From Bugula neritina (Eukaryota > Animalia > Bryozoa): 64,000 nucleotides of DNA. The first letter of the stretch is position 1; each line of letters starts with the position of its first letter. This document shows positions 48,105 to 59,146 of the stretch, piece by piece. A program made the position numbers and the translations under genes. The stretch lies in assembly GCA_964035545.1 (NCBI GenBank), contig OZ037771.1, forward strand, positions 14,755,133-14,819,132, read 5' to 3'. The notes beneath the pieces are model-generated. The model saw nothing but the letters and a program-made list of their open reading frames with translations. It was not told the DNA's origin and made no database searches.

Positions 48105-50783
48105 ATGGCTAGTTTCAGATTATATTCATGGCTGACATTGCATATCTTAAGAGTAGTTGGTAAGTACATATGTACTCCATTAAATCGTTTTGTCTTTTAT
48201 GCAGTTTTTGATGTTGGTATTTTTTTATAAAAGAAAAAATAAATTCCCATAGCATCTGACGGAAACAAACCGGCTATTGGCTACACTTTAACCAATGACA
48301 AGATGACAACAGAGAACTGGGTGGAAGCCAAATTGGACCTCCCCGCAAATAAGTTCTCGGTTTGCTTCTGGTACATGTTCACGGACTTGTCTACTGACAA
48401 ATATCACGTCATTCTAAGTGCAGCAACAGAGTGTAAGTTGCAATTTCTTTGTTAGACATTACTTTAGCTTATAGCTATTTTGGTTTTAGAGAACTCTAGT
48501 GGTATTTTCCTATAGTCTTTGAGGTTTCGATGCACAAAATATTCGTTACGCTTCAACAACAAAAATATCAATAAATTTTTTTTCTTATGTCGTTGTTGTT
48601 CCTTGAAAATTTCTGGTGCGTGTAATTTTTAACGATTTTCTTTTTGATCCATATAATAATGTAGAATAAAAAAAGAGTTTTCAGTATTATCGCAACGTAA
48701 AATAAAACAAACTGTTTTTAGCGCTTTTGCATACAACATGGTATAATTATATAAAATATAAAATAAATAATGGTAGGTTATATAGTGCTATTACAATACA
48801 ATAATATAAAAATTGATTTAATTACAGGATACAGCTTATAGCGTTCACAGCTTTTAAAACCCAAAGTTGCCTACTGAGTTAAAGTTTTATACCTATATTT
48901 AACCAGCATAACTAATGCTTTAACATGAAGCCAAGCTATTGAAAAAGCTCAGTTCACATAGGTCAGCTGTTGGCATACAGCTGTCCATATGTTGATTTAT
49001 TTTAGCTGAAGATGACGTGTTTATCATTGGATTCAACTCGATGCGAACTTCAAGACTCGAAGTGGCGTGGTTTGGCACCATACCTCTGTATTCTGTAGAA
49101 CACTTTCCAATGATAGATGCTTGGAGTTACTATTGTCTAGTTGTGAATTCTGTGGCAGACAGCTGGATTTTTAAGGTACGACAACCCTAGACATCCTGTT
49201 GGCATCAGACATCATTATTCATTTATAACTGAAATATTTTACACAAACGCTATGTAGAAAATGCTCTAAACTGATTGAGCAATAACTGTAAAACTACTGA
49301 GTGAAAAAGAGCATTAAAATTACTAATTTTTTAAACTTTTTTTCAAGTTGTGAATATCTAAAACTGCAGACTGTATTGAGGCTGCTGTTGCTGATCTGTT
49401 TAGATGTTTTTGGGATCAAACTGGCCTGCTATGAGTTGGAAGACATTGCTTGACAAAACTAAAAGGAAGTCAGTTTCTGATTCGCACAAGGAAATTATCA
49501 GCACAGCATTTGTGTTGTTTAGTGACCAGGACAGAGTATATGGTGAGTATGTGAATGTTATCTGTAGTGTTTAGTTTACACTGTAGTCCACGTGGTGTAA
49601 TGGTTAGTGTGCCTGCATGCATGCCGGAGGTCTGGGTTCAAACCCCAGTGAGGGCAAGAGTTTTTCATAATATCATCTTAAAACAATAATGTTATTCAAC
49701 TCTATGCAAACAATATTGAAGTATTTATAAAGTATAAACCACATAAATTTGTCAACTAGGAAAGTAATGCATGATTTTTAGTTTCTAAAGAGAAATAGTT
49801 CTTAAAGAATAAATTACTAAAGGCATAGTAGGTAGACAGAAATGCATATTGTTTATTTGTTTGCTAAAACATTTGTTTGAAACTAAAATTGCTAGAATGT
49901 AGCACCTCACCATTTGTTGCACGTTTCAGTTGTAAGGTCTGCATATTACTTGGTCTTGGTGATTGTTTCTAGGAGGATTTGACTCCATACAGGTGGCTCT
50001 AGGATCCATTTCCTGTTTGAACTTCTGGAGCCGAGCATACACAGAGAGTGAGTTGACAGAATTCTCTGATTGTCTGAGTGAAGGAGATGTATTCAGTCTG
50101 AAACCAGGAGTGGTTACTCTACATGGTGGTATATCTGAAGAGTATGTACCACCTGTGAAAACCACTCAACTAACCACCACTACCACTAGAGCTCTGACAA
50201 CCACTCAACCAACTGCTACCACAACAGCTCTGACAACCACCAAACCAACCGCTACCACTAAAGCTCTAACAACGACTAAGCCAACCACCACCACTACCAC
50301 TAGAGCTCTGACAACCACTCAACCAACTGCTACCACTAAAGCTCTGACAACCACTCAACCAACCACCACTACCACCATTAGAGGTATGCCTATTACTCTG
50401 ACTACCGACAGCGTTGAACTAAATTGACAGCCACCAACAATGCAATTTTGCCTCTAATGCCACTTCTGCTCATCTTTCTATTAGTAGCCATCTTGAAGCC
50501 TTACATTAATTAGCTTACAGAACTAAACCTATTTTTAGCTGACTGGCCATTGACAGCAAACATCTGGCAGCAGTTCCAGAAAATACCGGAGGTCTGGAAA
50601 TCTGGTCTCATGAAATACGAGTTCGAAGTACCTTCACCTTTAGCCTGTGTCTCTATCTGCTTGATGAACCAATGCAAGGAAATAAACTATTGCATAGAAG
50701 ATGGGATATGTGAGATGGGGTGGGGTAACTCAACTGGTACTCTGTCTAACTACGCTGGAGCTGTATACTATGTTCTTGAGTAA
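48105..50783 (+). CDS. Secreted pentraxin-like + Thr-rich stalk + PAN/apple-like protein, copy 1 (6 exons)
   Basis: Exons 48105-48159, 48253-48432, 49006-49175, 49404-49542, 49973-50383, 50539-50783 splice in frame. FSVCFW, WSYYCLV and DQDRVYGGFDSIQVALGSISCLNFWS align by eye to CRP FTVCLH, HICTSW and EQDSFGGNFEGSQSLVGDIGNVNMWD. Confidence 0.85.
49586..49656 (+). mobile_element. tRNA-derived repeat, same family as 47565-47635
   Basis: A box TGGTGTAATGG and B box GGTTCAAACC present; stems broken. Confidence 0.75.
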
Positions 50784-52176
50784 ACTAATAACTATTAGTT
50801 GTATTTGGATAACAGTGACAGTGTTGTCCTATTTAAGTTGTTTTATGATCTATGTTGCTATAAAAGTATGTTGTGAAAAAATTAATTAAACATACTGTAG
50901 TTTGACTTTCTATAATATATTTTCTGAAAAGAAAATACATCAAATAAGTAATATGTATGTTATTTAGACCATTGATACATGGGGTTGTTGCTTTTATTCT
51001 GCTTAAAATAGAATTTTGACTTTAATTGAATGCTTACAAATAGAAATAATTTTTGTCAATGCACAGCAGAGCAAATTTACTGTAAGACTTGCTTATAACA
51101 ATTTTTGTAAAAAAATGTTTTCAGTTACTGTATTTGTTGTGGTACAACATGTTGTGAAATAGCTGCAATGTTCCTGCTTTTAAGTTGGTAAATGCAACTC
51201 CATGTGTAGCTAATATACTATAGTTTTAGGAAAATAAAGATTTGGTCAAAATACCTTTGCTTATTTTGGTTTCAATTTCAATTTTGCAATATAATGAAAC
51301 TACCTATATGTTACTATAATGCTTACAACTGTCTAATAACTTTTAGAAAATTCAAATTATTAGAGAAATGACTATATAACAAGAAGAAAACTGTTAGTCA
51401 AATTAAAGCGCACCAAAAACATCATCATCAAGAAAACTAGCAATTTTATGCCACAAAATTGAAACAGATTAAACCAGAAATTTTAAAATAAACAGGGCCT
51501 GTAAAAATACTGTTGATTACTTAGAAAATATGCAACACAGCAATTCTTAGAGCTATGGTAACAAACAGCATTACAGATTTGTTTACTTTTATTCAATGGT
51601 GGGCTGAAGTTTTGTCACACCTAATGCTTTAAACAAGCTAATGCTATCTTCAAAATCATTAGCACTTAAAATAGAAATTGTATCTATGACCCTAAAAATT
51701 AATTGAAATTTATATCAATGACTTTAGCAAGCTATATGCAAAATCCAAATCTTTTGTGAAATACAAATTATTTCTTTGGCTCTAAAGACCATCTATATTA
51801 AAGTTCTTAAACTTAGAAATCTTTTTCCTAGCATTAAACAATTGTTTTATTCATCTCTTGCTGGTCAATAGAAAAGTTTGAAGAATATAATTTCCAGTAT
51901 GCTGCTGGCTTCTGAGAGGTTTATTCTTTGAAGTATTCATTTTATAGAGAAATAAGCATCTAAAACTTCAATATACTGACATATATTATGCAATATAATT
52001 ATTGTAAAATCTATATTACAGTTGATGACCTATTATAGATATCTATAGATTAAAATAAAGTCCTATAACAAATTTAAATATATAACCTGAGTAGTTGAAC
52101 AATATTCTAGCAGAGAAACATGCTTCACTCAACTACAAAATAGCATTTATGACTTTATAACTTCTACAACTCAGAT

Positions 52177-54987
52177 ATGGAACTTTGGCAGAAAAGTCTA
52201 GCATTCTGTATTTTGATGAATTTCTGTAAGTTGAAATCATAAACTTAGCAAATTATTTTAATGTTATACATTAAAAACTTTATGAGTATATATTATATTT
52301 AATTATCTGATATTATTTTATATTATATAATATTGTACTATTATGTTTTGTTATTTTATTATACTATATGTCATTTTATAGCCTATTATATCGAACTATA
52401 TTTTGTATTATGTCATATTATACTATATTATGTTATATAATATCATTCTATATTATAATAAAATGCCATATTATATTATATTTTTGTACAATACTTTAAT
52501 GTGTCATATAATTTTATATTATATCATATTAGGACGCAACCATAAATACGTTAGAATAGTGAATGAAATTATGTTTGTAAAACATTCAATGTTCAGATAT
52601 CACTGTTATGCTAGCATTGCCGTCACTTCACTCCCTGTTTATTATATAAATATGATATAAGGTTTACTACACTATTGATAATAATTGTTATTTATAGAAT
52701 CATTACTTTGTATTACTTTTCCTCACAGATTGCAGAGGAGAGAAGCCTGCAATTGGCTATACTTTGACCAATGACAGGGTGACAACGGACAACTGGGCCG
52801 GATCCTATCTGAACTTCCCTGTGAAAGAATTACCTCTCTGTTTTTGGTACAAGTTCACTGACCTGTCTGACAGAAGACAAGAACACAACATCCTGAGTGC
52901 AGCTACTTCAAGTACGTATTGTACTAGAGGGAGTTAGAGATGTGAATGGGAATTTTGTGAGATTTGACCTGTAACTGTTTACTAAATTAAATCTATAATT
53001 AACATAATAGCAAGTATTTAATACTGAGTATATATATTGAGTATTGAATACTTATAGTATTAGAGACCAGCCATAGTCTAGGGACTAAGGCTTTTGGCTT
53101 AGTAAATACAAAAGTCATGAGTTCGAATTCCAGTTAAGGCCATTGGTTATGTTAAGAAAAACATCCAGTGATAATTTCTCCGTTACCTCATCTGAATAAG
53201 TTCTTAGCCCACTTTAACAAAAGTCCTTTCCTCAGGGGTTTCTCACAGGAATGGTGACTATTATAAACCTGTGTGAGTTTTATTGAATATTTAGTCTTGA
53301 ATAGTAAGCATTATATAATTTAGATACTGGTGAGCAAGAAATGTTTTAGACATTAGTGAAACAATTGCTTGTGATTAAACTGAGGCAATAAAATAGTATT
53401 TGGCTGTCCTTAGTTTAGTGTATTGGCTAATTTATATAGACATTCAACATCATATGTTTTCAGCTACCATGAACTTCTTTAATATTCGGTTCTACACGAG
53501 ATTTTCGGAGTTGGATATTGATTGGCTCGGACAAATGCTGACAGTATCGTATTCTTTTACTCCAGATTTGAACATCTGGACTTACTACTGTTTGACTGTC
53601 TCGATGAGGGTCAGCAATTCGGGTTGGGACTTGAAGGTAAAAGTTAGTCAGCGATCTGTTTTATAAACTTTCTGGGCTAACAAACAAGGCTTCAAATTTT
53701 AAACTCAAAGCCACATATTGCTCAAAGTTTTATTAGATATTTGTTTATAAGCCTGAGTGCCTATAAATCTTGTAGATGATGGAAGGAACCAACTGGCCAA
53801 GTCTTCTGTGGACTCTCGTGTTTGATGATTACATCAGAACTGCCGGTTTTCCGAGCTCCTATGTTTTAGCTGAGTTTCTCAACACTACTTTTGTTATTTT
53901 TAGTGATCAGGATAGTCAATTTGGTAAGTTTCACAAATACCAAAGTTTGATAGATAGTATTTTTAATTTTTTACGCTGAGATATGGCAAAAATATACAAA
54001 TCTGAGATAAAAAACAATGTGATACTTAGATATTTTAACATTGTATAGAAGTGTTTCTGCTTTTCAAAGATTTGCACCAACCACAAAACAGGGTTGCGTT
54101 TAAGAATGATTTGTATTTGGAAAAAAACACTGATTTCACATTTTGATCATTTATTTTAGGCCGCTTTTAGTAAAGGTGTGCAATATTTCGAAATGTTTTG
54201 TGCAAAAACATCTTTTATATATAACACACAAATTTGCAGGAAACTTTGAGGATCATCAGGTAGCTCTAGGATCCATTTCCTGTCTGAACTTCTGGAGCCG
54301 AGCATACACGGAGAATGAGTTGACAGAATTCTCTGATTGTCTGAGTGAAGGAGATGTATTTAGTCTGAAACCAGGAGTGGTTACTCTACATGGTGGTATA
54401 TCTGAAGAGTATGTACCACCTGTGACAACCACTCAACCAACCACTACCACAACAGCTTTGACAACCACCAAACCAACCACTTCCACTAGAGGTATGTGCT
54501 TATCACTGTTACATGCAGTCACACCAACATTAACGACAAACTGATAATGTTTCACACTACCAGCCTTTGCTCATCTTCCTGTTACTTATTTAGGTAAGAT
54601 TCAAGCTATAGTGATTTTATCTTTTGAAAAAGCCTACTCAACTGTTACGCTTGTCTGCATTATATTCTCGACAAAATTGATTTACAGAACGTATAATAGC
54701 CAATGCATACTCATTGTTACTGTTTTTCTTCATGTTTTATATTTAAAGAAACCGCTTGGCATGACTGGAAAAAGTTCCAGAAAGTACCAGAAGTCTGGAA
54801 ATCTGATCTCGTGGAATATGAATTCAAAGTACCTTCACCTTTAGCCTGTGTCTCTATCTGCTTGATGAACCAATGCAAGGAAGTAAACTATTGCATAGAA
54901 GATGGGATATGTGAGATGGGGTGGGGTAACTCAACTGGTACTCTGTCTAACTACGCTGGAGCTGTTTACTATAATGTTCTGGAATAA
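52177..54987 (+). CDS. Pentraxin-like/Thr-rich/PAN-like protein, copy 2
   Basis: Exons 52177-52225 (MELWQKSLAFCILMNF), 52729-52911, 53464-53636, 53776-53923, 54240-54491, 54749-54987; open frame; DQDSQFGNFEDHQ. Confidence 0.87.
53067..53260 (+). mobile_element. SINE-like repeat (second family) in intron 2 of copy 2
   Basis: B-box-like GAGTTCGAATT; homologous to 57229-57420 and to the dispersed copy at 63851-64000. Confidence 0.6.
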
Positions 54988-56337
54988 ACTAATAACTATT
55001 AGTTTCATTTTGATAACATATAGATATAGTGTTGTCCTATTAAAGTTGTTTTATCATTCATGTTGCTATAAAAATATGTTGTGAAAATTTTATTTAACAT
55101 TCTGTAGTTATACTTTCTATCATATACTTTAGTTTATTATAGAAGAAAGGATCATCAAATAACTAACATTTACATTATTTGAACCATTGAAAGATTGGGT
55201 TGTTCTTTTTCTGTTTGAAATAGGAATTTGACTTTAGTTAAGTGCTCGATAATTTCAACAATGGTTACCCACAGCATTTATGTAAACTTTGTCCATTTTG
55301 CCTATAAAAGATTTTGTAGAAATGTTTTTTATTCATTACATTTGTTGCGATACAGTGTTGTGAAATAGCTATGCTGCTAATGCCGTTAAGTTGGTAAATG
55401 TAACTAGATAATGTAGTTATACTAGTTTTAGAAAAATAAAGATTCGATCAGAATGCTGTAGTTTATTTTACCCTCAATTCTAATTTTGTATTATAATTAA
55501 CCAGATTACATATTGTCACTCTTATAAAGCTTGCAATTTTGTTATAATCATCTTTAGCTAAATATACTACAATAAGCATCGGTTTAGCACCACAAGCAAT
55601 ATATCACCAAGAATGCTAATGATTATATGCCATAAATTTGAAAAAGATGAGTTAAAATATTTCAAATTGAGCATGTATTGGGCAAACACTTTTGATCGCT
55701 TTTAGAAAATGCACTTCTTAATAATTCCGCTATACGCTTTCTAAATTTGGTACAAACAAAATTAGATCAGCTAAATTCTCTCGGGCTGAAGTGCCACTGC
55801 GTATCTATGTTTTATTCAAGCAAATAATATCTTCAAAATCTAACATAAAATGTTAGCACGTAAAACTGAAACTGCATTTACGTCATTGGCTCTAGCATAA
55901 GTTTATGCAAAATTGAAATCTTTTGTAGAGTACAAATTATTTTTACGGCTCTAAAGACCATCTTAATGAAATCGCTATTACTTATATAGAAGTCTATTTC
56001 CTAGCATTAAACAATTGTTTTATTCATCTCTTGCTGGTCAATAGAAAAGTTTGAAGAATATAATTTCCAGCATGCTGCTGGCTTCTGAGAGGTTTATTCC
56101 TTTGAAGTATTCATTTTATAGAGAAATAAGCATCTAAAACTTCAATATACTGACATATATTATGCAATATAATTATTCTAAAATCTATATTACAGTTGAT
56201 GACCTATAGATGAAAATAAAGTCCTATAACAAACTTAAATATATAACCTGAGTAGTTGAACAATATTCCAGCAAAGAAAGATGCTTCACTCAACTACAAA
56301 ATAGCATTTATGACTTTAAAACTTCTACAACTCAGAT

Positions 56338-59146
56338 ATGGAACTTTGGCAGAAAAGTCTAGCGTTCTGTATTTTGATGAATTTCTGTAAGTTGAAATCA
56401 TAAACTTAACAAATTATTTTAATGTTATACATTAAAAACTTTATGAGTATATATTATATTTAATTATCTGATTATATTATTTTATATTATATAATATTGT
56501 ACTATTATAATTTGTTATTGTATTATACTATATGTCATTTTATAGCCTATTATATCGAACTATATTTTGTATTATGTCATATTATACTATATTATGTTAT
56601 ATAATATCATTCTATATTATAATAAAATGCCATATTATATTATATTTTTGTACAATACTTTAATGTGTCATATAATTTTATATTATATCATATTAGGACG
56701 CAACCATAAATACGTTAGAATAGTGAACGAAATTACGTTTGTAAAACATTCAATGTTCAGATATCACTGTTATGCTAGCATTGCCATCACTTCACGCCCT
56801 GTTTACTATATAAATATGATATAGGGTTTACTACACTATTGATAATAATTGTTATTTATAGAATCATTACTTTGTATTACTTTTCCTCACAGATTGCAGA
56901 GGAGAGAAGCCTGCAATTGGCTATACTTTGACCAATGACAGGGTGACAACGGACAACTGGGCCGGATCCTATCTGAACTTCCCTGTGAGAGAATTAACTC
57001 TCTGTTTTTGGTACAAGTTCACTGACCTGTCTGACAGAAGACAAGAACACAACATCCTGAGTGCAGCTACTTCAAGTACGTATTGTACTAGAGGGAGTTA
57101 GAGATGTGAATGGGAATTTTGTGAGATTTGACCTATAACTGTTTACTAAATTAAATCTATAATTAACATAATAGCAAGTATTTAATACTGAGTATATATA
57201 TTGAGTATTGAATACTTATAGTATTAGAGACCAACCATAGTCTAGGGGCTAAAGCTTTTGGCTTAGTAAATACAAAAGTCATGAGTTCGAATTCCAGTTA
57301 AGGCCATTGGTTATGTTAGGAAAAACATCCAGTGATAATTGCTCCGTTACCTCATCTGAATAAGTTTTCATGCTCATTTAACAAAAGTCCTTTCCTCAGG
57401 GGTTTCTCACAGGAATGGTGACTATTATAAACCTGTGTGAGTTTTATTGAATATTTAGTCTTGAATAGTAAGCATTAGAATTTAGATACTGGTGAGCAAT
57501 AAATGTTTTAGACATTAGTGAAACAATTGCATATGATTAAACTGAGGCAATAAAATAGTATTTGGCTACCCTTAGTTTAGTGTATTGGCTAATTTATATA
57601 GACATTCAACATCATATGTTTTCAGCTACCATGAACTTCTTTAATATTCGGTTCTATACGAGATTTTCGGAGTTGGATATTGATTGGCTCGGGCAAATGC
57701 TGACGGTATCGTATTCTTTTACTCCAGATTTGAACGTCTGGACTTACTACTGTTTGACGGTCTCGATGAGGGTCAGCGATTCTGGTTGGGACTTGAAGGT
57801 AAAAGTTAGTCAGCGATCTGTTTTATATACTTGTGGGCTAACAAACAATGCTTCAAACTTTAAACTCAAAGCCACATATTGCTCAAAGTTTTATTAGATG
57901 TTTGTTTGTAAGCCTGAGTGCATGCCCATAAATGTTGTAGATGATGGAAGGAACCAACTGGCCGAGTCTTCTATGGACTCTTGTGTTTGATGATTACATT
58001 AGGATCACCAGTTTTACGAGCTCCTATGCTTCAGCTGAGTTTGTCAACACTACTTTTGTCATTTTTAATGATCAGGATAGCCAATTCGGTAAGTTTTAGA
58101 AATACCAAAATTCGATGGATAATAGTTGCAATTTTTTTACTCCTAATATGTCACAACTATAGAATGTGATACTTAGATATTTTAACGTTATATAAAAGTG
58201 CTTTTCTTTTTCAAAAATTTTCACCAAAAAAAAAAATAGAGTTGCTTTCAAGAAAGATTTGTATTTGGAAACACAAAAAACACTAATTTCACATTTTGAT
58301 CATTTACTTGAGGCTGCTTTTTGTAAAGGCATGCATTTTGCTATTATTTGTGAGGCTCAATATTATGAAATGTTTTGTGCAAAAAATCTTCTATATATAA
58401 CACACAAATTTGCAGGAAACTTTGAGGATCATCAGGTAGCTCTAGGATCCATTTCCTGTTTGAACATCTGGAGCCGAGCATACACGGAGAGTGAGTTGAG
58501 AGAATTCTCTGATTGTCTGAGTGAAGGAGATGTATTCAGTCTGAAACCAGGAGTGGTTACTCTACATGGTGGTATATCTGTAGACTATGTACCACCTGTG
58601 ACAACCACTCAACTAACCACCACTACCACTAGAGCTCTGACAACCACTCAACCAACCACTACCACTACCACTAGAGGTATGTGCTTATCACTGTTACAGT
58701 CACACCAACATTAACGACAAACTGATACTGTTTCACACTTCCACCATTTGATCATTTTCCTGTTACTTATTTAGATAAAGTTCAAGCTAGTGATTTTATC
58801 TTTTGAAAAAGCCTACTCAACTGTTACGCTTGTCTGCGTTATTTTTTCGACAAAATTGATTTACAAAACGTATAATAGCCAATGCATACTCATTGTTACT
58901 GTTTCTCTTCATGTTATATTTGAAGAAACCGCTTGGCATGACTGGAAAAAGTTCCAGAAAGTATCGGAAGTCTGGAAGTCTGATCTCGTGGCATATGAAT
59001 TCAAAGTACCTTCACCTTTAGCCTGTGTCTCTATCTGCTTGATGAACCAATGCAAGGAAATAAACTATTGCATAGAAGATGAGATATGTGAGATGGGGTG
59101 GGGTAACTCAACTGGTACTCTGTCTACAAGAACACAACATCCTTAG
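56338..59146 (+). CDS. Pentraxin-like/Thr-rich/PAN-like protein, copy 3, with C-terminus altered by a deletion junction
   Basis: Near-identical to copy 2 including introns; ends GTLSTRTQHP* instead of GTLSNYAGAVYY. Confidence 0.83.
57229..57420 (+). mobile_element. SINE-like repeat duplicated with the gene
   Basis: Same intronic position as 53067-53260. Confidence 0.6.

Noticed and set aside
47565-49656. Functional tRNA-Cys genes
   Set aside because: Invariant positions or stems are disrupted in both copies.
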